A stretch of 50,201 nt of DNA, counting the filler, from Sphacelaria rigidula (lineage: Eukaryota), in the NCBI GenBank assembly GCA_964200075.2. It is 3 parts of 3 records of this genome, joined end to end, with 100 filler letters (N's around TTAATTAATTAA, not from the genome) between each part and the next. Parts side by side here need not be neighbours in the genome. Positions count along the whole stretch, not along the records: positions 16,770 to 33,436 come from CAXNAA020001283.1; positions 33,537 to 50,201 come from CAXNAA020001284.1; 1 more part is not named here. One strand, 5' to 3'. This document shows positions 26,901 through 38,889 of this stretch, one piece after another. Below the pieces are notes generated by a model that made no database searches, was not told where the DNA came from, and saw nothing but the letters and a program-made list of their open reading frames with translations. The translations under genes were made by a program, and so were the position numbers. Every line of letters begins with the position of its first letter. The stretch's first letter is position 1.

Positions 26901-29900
26901 GCATGAATGACATGTGATGACACGGTGAAAATTGAGTTTGGTAGCTAAGGTGATCATACGACCTTGTAGGCACAAGAGTGCCGACTGAAACCATTTCAAC
27001 GCGAACGTTTACCCAGTCAAACTCTACCGATTTCGTTCCATGTTACAGGAGTTCAGATTGGACGAGGGCGTGGATATCGACACCACAGACGATGGCTACT
27101 ACGTCGGCTGGACGGCTTCCTCGGAGTACATGCGGTACACCGTCGACGTCACAGAAGCTGGTGAGGGTCGGAAGTATAGATCGATATCGGTAACGACGCA
27201 GCGCATCGTCGATGTTTTGTGTCGCTGCACGCCGAATGCCGAGCATGCAAGACAGACCACATCGTGACCATATTGACACTACACACAGCCTTCAGCTCTC
27301 GCGTATCGTACTCGATGCGCCATGTGTATGCGTGTCCTCCATGTATCTGGATGCTCACGCCTTGCCGCACGTCACGAGAATCGAATCTCTGTTCGCCTTC
27401 CACCGATGGTCACCGATGGTGTAACTTGAATGCAGCGGACGCTTTCGACTTCGAGTTCGTGGTGGCAGTTCCTCGCAACCGTAGCCCGGCCTTTCGAGTA
27501 GTCGCCGGTGGCTCTGATTGCACGGACTATGACACGGACCTGAGCGGCGTCGTGCAGCCGTCGACCACGGGCCCATCATGGTATGGATTCGAGTCATTCT
27601 CAGTGTGAGTGGCTGGAACGACGGGTCAGCACGTGGCACGTTTCCCCCAGATTTGGGGTCTTGGAGTTGGTTTGTACATACAGATGCCCCTGCTCTATCG
27701 TGGGGGTAGTATGTAACGTGTAGCTGTGCACCATTTCTCGTCATCGCGAGTGTCTTGGCCATATTTCGACTGGTGGGCCGGACGCGATCATCAGCTACTT
27801 CTCGTTCATGCGCTGGGTACTCGGTTGGGGTATCTAGGCGGTGTCGTGAGCGGGGCAGAGGCGCTACTCACTGTCAGCAGTGTGCCTATTTCGGCTACAC
27901 ATGTCACCAACACAGCATGTGTGCCTCAGATATCGAGGGAGAAATAGGTTGATGCCGTGAGATCATGACCTCGTCCCGATGAAGGCGAGGTGTTCGAATT
28001 CTGGTAGTTTAGTGTTAGTGCTAGCTCCCGAGCACACCCTCGCGTTCACCTCGACTCTCGAGCATCAAAAACACATTTCCAATATCCTCAAGCGTTACTG
28101 TTCGCTGCTATTCCTCTCGTCAGACAAGCTGGAGGGGACGGCGGTCTACCGGCCGGTCCCGCCGTCCTGTTCTTCTGTACCGAGTCCTCCGGCTTCAACA
28201 TCGATTCGTTCACGATGACCGTCTCTAGCGATGATGACGGTAGTGCATACGAGGGAGGGGCCGATGTTCCCGGTACAATCGAAGCGGAGAGGTTCGACAA
28301 CGGCGGACAAGGCGTTGCATACAGTGATACCGACAGCAGCAACAAAGGCAGGGTGAGTTCGCGGTAGGACTTCAACGGCGCAATAAATATATCGCTCAAA
28401 CGCGGGGTCATCTTGCTATTACCTGGCAAAGGCGCTCACGATAAGGCAAAGTCCGAATAGGGACGATTTGGGGAGTTGATACTGCAGGCGCTCTGTAGTA
28501 TCTAGACCTCTGGGGTAACCTGGTGTAGTGAGTACTCTGGAGTATTCAGTACTTCAGGTGATCTGAAATAATCAGGATTTGGGCAGTCGATATTTCGGGT
28601 AGTCAGGAGTATCCGGTATCTTCGGCAATCGAGTGCTCTGGGTGCTCTGGAATACCCAGTATGTTGGGCCGTTGATACTCCAGATACTCGGGAATGCTCA
28701 AAATTTGTATTTAGCAAATAATACTGGAGGTACTCGAGGATATTCGGTATTCCGGCACTCGATACTTCAGGTACTCTGAAGTACAGTATGCGAGATATAG
28801 TAGTTTATATCTGAAATAGGAGATGCTTTTAATTGTTTTCGTAGTCAGCGATTTTGAATGTTTTTTCGCGTGCCACCGCTCATCCCAGCAAGCCGTTGAT
28901 CCAAACGCTTGGGATTCGGGAGATACGAGGCATCTGCTCCACATTCCGAAACATAAATCGTCTCTGCGCTCAATGTTGAATGACTTCCGAAATGAGTCGA
29001 AATGGGATGTTATAGACCGTTTTTGGTCCAAGATACATTTCTTTTCGATTGTAACGCAATGCATAGGTGGGAAAAAATGATAGAGGGTCCGTAAAATCAT
29101 TCATGAGAGTGATTGAAATCGGTGTACTCTCGTCTGTGCAATGCAGAGCTCGGTTGAGCAACCTTCGTTTTTGGGTTCTTTCCTGAATTTTCTCGTGTAG
29201 TACCCGTCCTTAACGCTCAAAAGTCCTAGCGTCGATATGTATTGCGAAGAGAAGCGGGTCGTGCTCGGAACACAATCCTCCATTGTTGTTGTCGGGGTGA
29301 TACGACGTAAATACCTTGTTCATGAAGGGGTGTTGTGGACCATCACTGGTTAAAAATAGACAGTTTTTTGGCTCTAGCGCAATAAAAAGGTGGAAATTGA
29401 TAGAAGCAGTCATTTTGATTTGTTCATGAAAACGATTGGGGTTGCTTCAATCGAGAATGAATACTCGAGGGTCAGAACCTGGCGCAGGGAAGTCACAGGA
29501 CCCCCGAAAACCGGTCAGCCCGTCAGTCCTTCCAAAATGAGCCCAGGTGTGATGTTATTTCGGAATGAGGAGGGGAAACGTAGTACCTCCCGATCCCCAA
29601 ACTTTGGGATCAAACGTTCCCTGGGATGAGCGGTGGCATGCGCAAACACTTACGAATATCCCCGACTACGAAATAACTACGAAAATCTCCTACTTCCTCT
29701 GTCCGAAAGTAAAGGTCCTAATGGGGGGCACATCATATCTCGCCACTTGAGTTGCCTACGGTGCTAACGTTAGGTTCGCTGAAAAGCTATTTATACGGTG
29801 ATGCTCGTGAAACAAATCCGACTCGAACTTACCGAGAAGTAGTGGGTCAAAAAGTGGGAAATTTGGCGGGTTTTGGGGATTTTGTTCATGTCGATGGGCG

Positions 29901-31692
29901 ATAACGACCTGGGGTGTGGAGCATACCGTGGTATCGGCGGAGCAGAAGGCAGGAACGTTTGAAAGGGTGGTGAAATATGATCAGCGGGCCTTTACGAAGG
30001 CCTGGAACTATCTAGCATCAAGCCCCAGTGACGGCGGAGACGATTAGCGAAACTGTTTTTTTTGTTTTTTCTCGACATTTTTTCGCTGCTCTGTTTTCGG
30101 CCGTTCATACATGCAGGGTGGTATGCGCAAAAACAAATATATACGGGTTCCTACTAAAAAACACTGCCGAAGGTTGTAACGAAATTACCGCCTACGGTGC
30201 GGGACACCGTCAAAGGTCTGTGTAATCATCAGGATCTTTACTGATGGGACATATGAAGTATTTAATATGCAAACTGCTGCATCCAAAGCACCTATTGTGT
30301 CCCCCACCAGGGCGTTTTCGCACAGGTAGAGACACAGTTGATGCCGAGGCCTATATCTGCGATCTGGACTACATCGCTTTTCTATTGATCATTTCATTCA
30401 ACGGCGGTTTACTTTTTATGAGAGAATGTTGCTCTGAAGTATCGCATCGTTTCGTTCCATGTTACAGGAGTTCAGATTGGACGAGGGCGTGGATATCGAC
30501 ACCACAGACGACGGCTACTACGTCGGCTGGACGGCTTCCTCGGAGTACATGCGGTACACCGTCGACGTCACAGAAGCTGGTGAGGGTCGGAAGTATAGAT
30601 CGATATCGGTAACGACGCAGCGCATCGTCGATGTTTTGTGTCGCTGCACGCCGAATGCCGAGCATGCAAGACAAATCACATCGTGACCACGTTGACACTA
30701 CACACAGCCTTCAGCTCTCGCGTATCGTACTCGATGCGCCATGTGTATGCGTGTCCTCCATGTATCTGGCTGCTCACACCTTGCCGCACGTCACGAGAAT
30801 CGAATCTCTGTTCGCCTTCCACCGATGGTCACCGATGGTGTAACTTGAATGCAGCGGACGCTTTCGACTTCGAGTTCGTGGTGGCAGTTCCTCGCAACCG
30901 TAGCCCGGCCTTTCGAGTAGTCGCCGGTGGCTCTGATTGCACGGACTATGACACGGACCTGAGCGGCGTCGTGCAGCCGTCAGCCACGGGCCCATCATGG
31001 TATAGATTCGAGTCATTCTCAGTGTGAGTGGCTGGAACGACGGGTCAGCACGTGGCACGTTTCCCCCAGATTTGGGGTCTTGGAGTTGGTTTGTACATAC
31101 AGGTCTTCATACTCTGAATCTCCAGCAAAGTGGTTTGCGGGATGTTACGCGGCAGTTTTGTTTCGGCTGCTGATAGGGGTTCTTGGATCGTGTTGTGCTG
31201 GGCACAATCTTTGTCCGTTTTCCGCGGCAGGACCCAGATCGTGTTGTGAGCAAGGGCTGGAAATGCTCGCGTTGCTGGCGTTTGATCTTCCTCACAAAAT
31301 ATGCTTGCCCCGAAGACGGGTGTGAGATGCCCAATGGTGAAAGCTAGACTCCCTTTCGACTTTACACGTGTGAGCTCTTGAAATCATGCGCGTGAACGCT
31401 CGTCCGCCAGAGTAGCTGTCAAGATACTTTCGTCAGCCATGAGTCACTTCCTTACATTTCATCCTTGTTGCCGTTCCCACACAGCGGAGGGGGGAATTTC
31501 GTCAAGAACTTGCTTTTGTGCATCTTCGCCATAGCCGGGCCACTTTGACGGATCGCCTTGAAATTGTTTTTCCCCCCACGCAGACTGGCAGGGGGCACTG
31601 GTGGTCTCCCGGAGGGTCCTGCTACCTTGTTCTTCTGCACAGAATCTCCTGGCTTCAACATCGACTCCTTCACCATGACTGTTGCTACGTGA
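17022..31692 (+). CDS. Endo-1,3-beta-glucanase (glycoside hydrolase family 81) with three C-terminal CBM6-like modules; spliced gene, 5'-partial (N-terminus runs off the contig edge)
   Basis: Manually spliced GT-AG exons in consistent phase: 17022-17129, 17468-17628, 18193-18327, 18938-19031, 19708-19791, 20099-20224, 20607-20702, 21514-21696, 21971-22051, 22743-22811, 23407-23507, 23899-23992, 24340-24501, 25338-25449, 25819-25987, 26411-26660, 27049-27160, 27436-27604, 28124-28352, 30468-30579, 30855-31023, 31584-31692 (TGA). They sum to 2925 nt, an open frame of 974 aa. GH81 motifs seen: LLHYALPHH, SVYFGGK, YYNDHHFHYSY, FRSFDWFSGHSWARG, DQESTSEDVN, DYTTWFG, EYIHGIQ, DDGLSRAWAL. Confidence 0.93.
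27031..27683 (+). repeat. Intragenic duplicated block, copy 1 (two exons plus intron sequence)
   Basis: Nearly identical to 30450-31102 (offset 3419 nt), with about 10 substitutions counted by eye. Confidence 0.97.
28480..28800. repeat. Degenerate GAGTA(C/T)/TACTC-rich low-complexity repeat
   Basis: Recurrent short motifs GAGTAC, GATACTC and GGTACTC across ~320 bp of intron. Confidence 0.55.
28819..29690. mobile_element. Non-autonomous TIR DNA transposon in an intron of the GH81 gene
   Basis: Imperfect inverted repeats of ~140 bp (28819-~28958 vs ~29551-29690; shared core TGCCACCGCTCATCCCAG). The termini GGAGAT...ATCTCC are flanked by TA on both sides. Confidence 0.75.
30450..31102 (+). repeat. 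Intragenic duplicated block, copy 2
   Basis: Nearly identical to 27031-27683. Confidence 0.97.
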
Positions 31693-33436
31693 ACGAGAAC
31701 GCCTGGTGAGACTAACGCTATACGGACGAAGAACAAAGCATGAAACTCGCCCCTTGGAAAATTTCGTCGGTTGCCGAATGCAATAATCAGGACGATGTCG
31801 AGCCATGGTTTCCTTTCAAAACGAGGAGTAATCTTTGACATACATATGTTGTGCTCGCTGCCTTATTCAATGGGGGCCACTTGACGTTTGGTGTTTCAAA
31901 GTACACTTTTGTGTCCAGTGTCTCAGTGAAACGAAACACGGTTGGTTGGCGGTCGATCGAAGTTGACACTGCAGCGGGTCGACTACGAGACACACGAATC
32001 CTCTTGGTAATTCAGCGTCTCTCAAAACTCAAAGACTGGATTTCGTTGCCAATCTGCCCCAGATTTCTTGTGGCAGTTTCGAGTTACGCTGAATTCTTAG
32101 CCACGGCAACGCAATAGGCACTCCGACCCCCACATAATCGTTCGAAATTTTGTGACCATCCTACCCGTACCCCACTCCGCGCAGGGGAGACAAAACGCTG
32201 TGAGAGATGGTAGCCTTGGAAAGCATCCCAGAGGGTTTTGTCACTGATCGCGGACACCGATCGACGTTTGGTTTCGAGGTCCGGATTGGCGTCTCTGGTG
32301 TGACGTAGCACGTGAACTACTCGGAGCATCTCTCTTGCCGTTCATGTGAAACTGGAGTGTACTAGGACCTGCGGCCGTACGACGACATTGTATTTATAGT
32401 GTATAGTCTATGTTTTTCACGTCTATGGGAGGACGAAAGGCATTGGACATGCTGCTTCGGTTTGTTTTCGTTAGAGTGAGGAATGATCATTGAGCTACCG
32501 ACCGTGCGCTCCGGGGAATACGAGAATGGTGATGGGGCACGTAAAACTGCACTGCTCTATATGCCAGTATTATTGTATGTATGCGTAGAACGCCTCTCGG
32601 TTAGTCAGGAGGTTGCAATCCGGTGACGGGCTTCCCTTTTGTATTTCATATCCTGTCATGGTAAATGTGGTCAGTTGGTTTGTCTTGTCTCCTCTCTCGT
32701 GTTGTGGTGTGTTCACCTGTAAGGAATGTATTCTTTTTTGTAGTAGGCTGCCTGACTCTGCAGCTGTTGTATCGGTGAGTAGCTTGTTGAGTGACACCTT
32801 GGTACGCTCGCGACCTCTGGCGACAGTTAGTAGAGTGGGAAGCCTGTGAGTCCCCGCATGTAAGTCTGCACACAAACAGTATCGGCCGGAAATGAGACGT
32901 AGGACTAGAGCTCCCGGTCTGAGATTGTTGAGGAGGGTAGCCGCACTGTGCGCCTTTAGCATTCAATTGCGTGGTCCAAAGACTTCTGTATCTTTCGCAA
33001 GACAGTTAGATGTAGGTAGAATGTTTTCTGGCATGAATTTGGTCGGAAAGGTTGTTTGTTTTTGCATGCACAGGAACTAAATACTGTACCTTGGAGCTTC
33101 CGCACTATGACATACTTCGATCGTGCCATATGAATCGAAAGTATTTGAAGCAATGAAGGCTCTTCTGAGTCCCGATGGAATCAAGTGAGGTCTTGTCGCT
33201 CATGCGTTCGGGGCACCCCCAAAAACTGAGCCGTGAGAATTTCACACGACGCATGCCCCTTTTTCTTGTCGGTAGACAGGTGAGTGGTGATGCTTCCTGC
33301 ATCTCCCTTCAACATGCGCGCAGGCGATGCACGAGGACTCTCTGTACACTGATGAGTCATCCTACGATAGGGGGGGGGGTATTCTGGGCCATTTGTTGCT
33401 CGAAATTTGGAGTCAGATCGTCGTTGAAAGCAGCAA

Positions 33437-33536
33437 NNNNNNNNNNNNNNNNNNNNNNNNNNNNNNNNNNNNNNNNNNNNTTAATTAATTAANNNNNNNN
33501 NNNNNNNNNNNNNNNNNNNNNNNNNNNNNNNNNNNN
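33437..33536. other. Artificial contig spacer
   Basis: Identical 100-nt N44-TTAATTAATTAA-N44 structure. Confidence 0.98.
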
Positions 33537-35644
33537 GATTTTTACGCGCAGATTTTTGTTCCGCGGCCTATTTCGAACCGCGGAGCCAAGCGAATCTGAA
33601 AGGCAGACTAGGCTCCTCTCTGTGAGGTGTTGCGAAGTGTCCGAGACGTATGTTGGCAGTTTTCTCGGCTTGGGGGTCAAAAGTTGGGTCAAACGTCATA
33701 AAAGTGAACAATCCGTGGGCCAAAAATCTGTTTGCCGTAACATCCGGCCTCAGTATTATTTCTGGAAATCACCAGTACCGTTTCCCATCGTGATAGTATC
33801 CTGGATCTTACATTTACCATGAGTGAAATCACACGATTAACAGGTTGTACTGCATTATCGATCAATTTGCACACACGATGCGGGCAGACCCCTGCCAATT
33901 GCCCCGCACTTGCGTGTAGGCAAACTGATCATGTGCGTATACCACACCGAGTTGACACACGATGATTGAGTGCGACTGAGCTGTATTGAACTGTACTGCG
34001 GTTTGGTACAGCTGCACTCGATTAGCTTCACGACGCAAGTAGTGTATCGAGGCTGGCCGTCAGGTCTTGGTGTTCCGGTTCGTTCACCAACACCAGCCAC
34101 GCTTGAAATTGCTGATTACCTCAAAACCTGGCATGCTGACCGTAATGCAGCTTCACAACGCCGCCACGTACTGTTATCCGTCATGATCCTGCAGCTTCAA
34201 AATCCTGTCGCGTATTCGGTAAAAATGATGTTGAGAAGGATGGTGGTTAAGCGAACGATACGCAGTGGTGTTGGATGTTTGCGTCTATCAACCCCGAAAA
34301 CGCACTGTAGTGAATCTCGATTGAACCACGAATCACGCATGCTACCAGACTAAGCAGCCAATTTATCGTGAACAGAAATTGCGAGGTTGGAATGGACGAA
34401 ACATGAGGCATTTACCCTACTCCCTGGTCAGGGGGGGGCAGGTCATTGATATTCGGAATGATTACTGTAAGGGAAAATGGAGGTAGCCTCAACGTGGTTC
34501 TCCCTGTAGGATAGCTCGAGGCTGTGGGATATCTGCTCCGATTTTGAATAAACCAGACCGAACCGTTCATGTTTAGTTAGCTCACGACTTTCAATACATT
34601 GACGGATCGTATCCAAGTGCACTCCTGCACTAACCGTAATATTGTTCTTTCTTCCGCAGTGTTGGATCAACGATCCCCGGGGCTGCGGATGATCAACCAT
34701 CAGCCATTGATAAATCATGTCTTTCACCCATGGCTGGGATGATCAATTCAACACTGCCACGATTGGGCAGCTACTGAAAGTGTTGCGAGCCAAGAGACCT
34801 GCACGGGGCTACCCGACGGATACTACACCAACTCCCGTTGTCTGTCTACTCTGCGCGCACCGACAACCAACCCCAAAAATTGATCGTCTACCCGTGCATG
34901 CTATGACCACTATCGGGACACGGTTGCGGTCTTCTGGGCAGGACTTCTGGTCTTGAGGGTCTACGGGTTCCACGCATTATTTTGCCGAAATATAAATCAA
35001 GAAAGAAACCGACAGGGTGGTTGGCTGGTACTGAACGACGAGAGTAATAATTGTGGACATTATGCACTTTGCTAGCATGTAAGCCGACGTGTGAATGAGT
35101 TGGAAGATTCGTATGAGTCCGGAGTATGCGTGCATTATACAAAAAGCTCATACAACAAGCAGGCGGGAGATCGCCACATACAGGGATATGAAGGAAAATG
35201 AAGGCCCAAGATAGCAAGACCTTGCTTGTCCGAACAGGTTTATGGGAGCCACAGTTCTCATGCGTGCCCTTACAGGTTGACAGGAGGCCAGGGTCGAGGG
35301 GAATATCCTTGATTATTTCCCACAAGGGAAAACCTGGGCCGAATGCTCACATGAACCTGTCTTGCTCGATCAAATTCCTGTTCTCCCCCTGTTCGCGTTC
35401 CTTTTCTGGTGTCCACTTTCGTATCATGATGGAAAAGCGATGCTGTCCGTTCTATCCCATCGTGTCCTCTCGCCGTTGAGTTAAAAACATTTCCAACCCC
35501 AGTCCGCCCAATGAGCACACGAAGGAGGTGAGGTACTGTGTTAATTCCGAAGTACGTTTAACTGGTGTTATTATACCCGTGTGACATATGCGTGCAGGTT
35601 ATGGTTTCAAGTACCGCGTAGCCAACTCGAAACTCGGCGAAAAG

Positions 35645-37771
35645 ATGAGCGGAAACCCCCTGAACCCGCAAGCACAACCCGCAAGCTTTCGCCCCTGTTC
35701 AGCAACAGCATGCTGCCGCACCCCCTCAGCAACAGGTTGTTGGACCTTTTCTGCAACAGCAGGTTGCCACACCCCCTCAGCAACAGATTGTTGGACCTCT
35801 TTTGCAGCAGCAGGTAGCCGCGCATCCTCGTCAACAAGTTGTTGCATCCCTCCTACCGCAACAAGCGGCTGCGCCGCAGCAGCAGCAGATTCTGCAACAG
35901 CAACAGGAAGGGCACCTTGGTCCGATGCCCCAGCACGTCCCGCCGTCTGTTCCTCCGCCTCCTCAGCCGGCAATGCCAGTCTCTGTACCTCAGGGGGTCC
36001 CTCAACCACCGGCCGCCGGCAATTTCACTCATTCCCAGCTGCCACCTCCACCGCCGTTGCCCCCGCGGCGCCGCTCTAGGTTTATGGTTGCGCCAGACGC
36101 GGTTAGTCTGTACTGCAGTCCATTCTATGGATCCCTCAATCCCTCTGGTGCAACCCTGGCAGCCCAATCCAGGTTGAACGGGTTGACTCCGTGTGGGGCC
36201 ACGTACCCTAGTATTCTCGCACCATTTGCTCAGCCGTTTAATCGCAACTGGTCGGCGGGGCCGAAACACCAGGAATCGGTGTCCCGTCAAGCAAACACTT
36301 TAGCCAAGCTTCTAGCTTCCAAGGATGCTGACGCTATTGTTTACAAGGGACGGTCTGTAGACCACACTGCAGAGCTGACTTATCGCAACTCCGCAGTTCT
36401 GTTCTCGAACCATTTTCGTACCACGTTAGCGGCGTATGAGGGGGGAAACTGGAGGGTGCCCACCGACGCACACATGACAAGTAAAACCACAAGCGGATCA
36501 GTATACGGATAGGCGTAGGGACATCCTGATGCGCGTAATGGCTCACTTCAGCGACATACACGGAGATGACAAGTTGGAGAGAAGCTCAGATCTCGGTACC
36601 CGGGGGAGCGGGAGATATCACGCGCGTACCGTTTGGTGACGTAACCGCCCTAGAGTGGCTCAGGAACCTAGTCACAGAAAAGACGAGAATGGGTACAAGC
36701 CATGCAGAAGCTGCACTACAAAACGTGAAGCTACTGAAAAACGAGAGCTTCGTAGCGGCCGTTCACTGTCTGATACTTTTGACCATGGCGGCCACGATCT
36801 CTCCAGCTTCTCCACACCTCGCGGAGGAGGAATATTTCTAGAGGACGGCCTCAGAACGTTTAGTCTTACGGATGTGTGGCAGTTTCCATAAGTTGGTAAT
36901 CCCTGACCCGATTGCACAATTGGTATCGCATACGCTACTACAAGTACCCAACAAAGCCTTGGAGGACGAAGTCCCCTCGTTACCAGTTCACCACGGAAAC
37001 CCGTGCAGCCCCGATATGAAGAAGCGAGGACGCGTCACGTACCGTATATGTGGTGAATTCGTATCTGTCATCCAACGCCACTGCGAGTGTGCTAAAACGG
37101 CTGCAGAAGCGAGGAGTAACGCCACTGCAGCCCTAGCACGCCCGGTGCACAAGGCCATATGCGCGGGGTTGGTAGAGACCAAGAAGTGACTCATTTGAGA
37201 AGCAGAGGAAACGACCCCAGAACGAGACTTTGACTCCGTTGCCGCCTTCAGCAAACAAAAGGCGTCAACACCACACGGCGGCACGTCTTGCGGGGCATCC
37301 CCATCTGCTCGTGAAGCGCGGAAGCGTCCGCGGGAATAGTCAACCAAGCAAACCAAGCGTGTCAAGTTCGACACGCGAGGAGAAGCACCGGCGACCGGGT
37401 TCCTTCCCGCCCGCAATGCACCCAAAGGGGAGCGTGACGTCGCCATACGATTGCTGGGAGTGTGCTTTAACCACGCGTACGGACGAGACTGCAGCAGCAA
37501 GGACGCAGGTGGCTGCACCTACTCCCATGACAAAGACCGCATTCCCTTCGGTTATTACAAGCAGCCGGAGCAGACCCAAGCAAAGCCCAAGACAAAGAGG
37601 GATAGGCTGATGAGCCTACAGCTGGGGGAGTTGTTCGGGCTAATAGACAGCCAGAACGAAGATCGGGGGTTCGACCACAACCTGGACAAACCGGAAAGCG
37701 CCGACGAGGAGGAGGGGGTCGAGACGGTTGATGCGCTGAGCAACCGTTTCGACGTCACAGGCGAGGAATGA
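35645..37771 (+). pseudogene. gag-like ORF (Q/P-rich N-terminus, C-terminal CCCH zinc finger), disrupted
   Basis: It lies upstream of the protease. ATG at 35645. Fragments 35802-36512, 36566-36841, 36872-37189 and 37451-37771. CFNHAYGRDCSSKDAGGCTYSH at 37463-37528. Confidence 0.65.
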
Positions 37772-37849
37772 AGGCGCGCCCTGGGGCCGCAGTCCCCCGG
37801 GGACAGCGTAGAGGTGGATAGCTTAGCAGCAGTGAAAAATAATGATGCA

Positions 37850-38260
37850 CAGCAACTGTGGGTGCAAGCTAGAGTTTGGCACCACAGTAAAAGTAGCCTC
37901 GGTTTACCAGTAATGGTTTTACTGTACACCGGGGCGGGGGGGGGGTAGCTATGCATCAAAACAGTGGTGGAAGTCGTTAGTAACTCGGGGTAACATAACA
38001 GGCAAGCTGCAGCGACAAGGAGCAGGATTTCTGAAGGCAGCAAACCCTAGTGACAGCCGGACGCTACCGATGAAGATTCTGGGGTCAGCGGTAAACCCGA
38101 TTCGGTTCCACCCACAGGACAGAGTAAGGAAAGTATGGGTTAGGGTGGTAGATGGATTGCCGTACGGATTCATTTTAGGGGCAAGTTTCTTTAAAAGGAA
38201 CGAGAGTACACTGTCTTTTGAAGGTCGATCAGGATTTCGACCTTCGCCGAAGGCCCCGTG
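37850..38260 (+). pseudogene. Retroviral-type aspartic protease domain, inactivated
   Basis: VMVLLYTGAGGGSYAS at ~37910-37957 corresponds to the LLDTGA motif with D replaced by Y (TAC at 37925-37927). Downstream LPYGFILGASFF matches the ILGxxF motif. Confidence 0.8.
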
Positions 38261-38889
38261 GGTAAAATTCGTGTCTAATGGTTCACCAAAACTCGGAGCT
38301 GTTGACACCGATCACCTCACCGGCCAAGGAGATTCGGCAAGTTGGGATCTCTTCTGTGCTGTCAATCCAAGTGCGCTCAGTGACGACCCGACGGGTGTGT
38401 TGTCGGGAGAGAGCGATCTGGCAGCATGGGATGAGGTGTGGAAGAGCCTTGGAGCGGCGTGGGAGGACGACGCTACACGTCAGTGGCTTCTACGGCTGAC
38501 GGAGGACGCACGGTTAGAAGGCTTCGTTAGCGAGCTAGTTCCAGGCTACGTGCGAGGTCCTCAACCGCAGGAACGTCAACTCGTGTTGATCAAACCTCGA
38601 AAGTTGTTCGATTTAGATGGGGAAGCCGAGATAGGGGTAGCCAGGGGAGAGCAGTGCCGTTAGTATGTAAGGTGGTCAACACGGCTAAGAGTGCTCGCCT
38701 TGTGAAGAAAGGTATTGTAGTGGCGAAGGTGGGGGCCATGAATGTTCGAGATCGCGAGCGGTTGCAAAATCTGCACGCGTCAGACTCGGGCACCACGCTT
38801 AAGTCGAGGCTGGAGGATCGAGGGACTGCGCCAGCGCCTGCCCAACCGCCGCCGGAAGCGACGGAAGTGGAGGAAAAGGACACCACGGA

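Larger units (their letters stand above)
24340..31692 (+). other. Three tandem CBM6-like carbohydrate-binding modules of the above gene (10 exons)
   Basis: Three repeats of IPGxI(Q/E)AExxDxGGxGV(A/G)YxD...FRxDxxVD...YVGWTxxxEYxRYxVDV...TG..W...GFNIDSF. P/T-rich linkers precede repeats 1 and 2 (PLPTPAPTVPT, LTPTPTP). The CBM6 assignment is by motif recognition, not by a search. Confidence 0.8.

Noticed and set aside
33105-33302. Minus-strand fragment with GTQKSLHCFKY, vaguely transposase-like
   Set aside because: Too short and at a contig edge to support a call.
34370-35600. Candidate 5' LTR and primer-binding site of the Gypsy element
   Set aside because: No visible similarity to the 3' flank and no convincing tRNA-complementary PBS.
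35718-35830. Regularly spaced repeats as a possible CRISPR-like array
   Set aside because: They are contiguous in-frame coding repeats with no unique spacers, in a eukaryotic retroelement.
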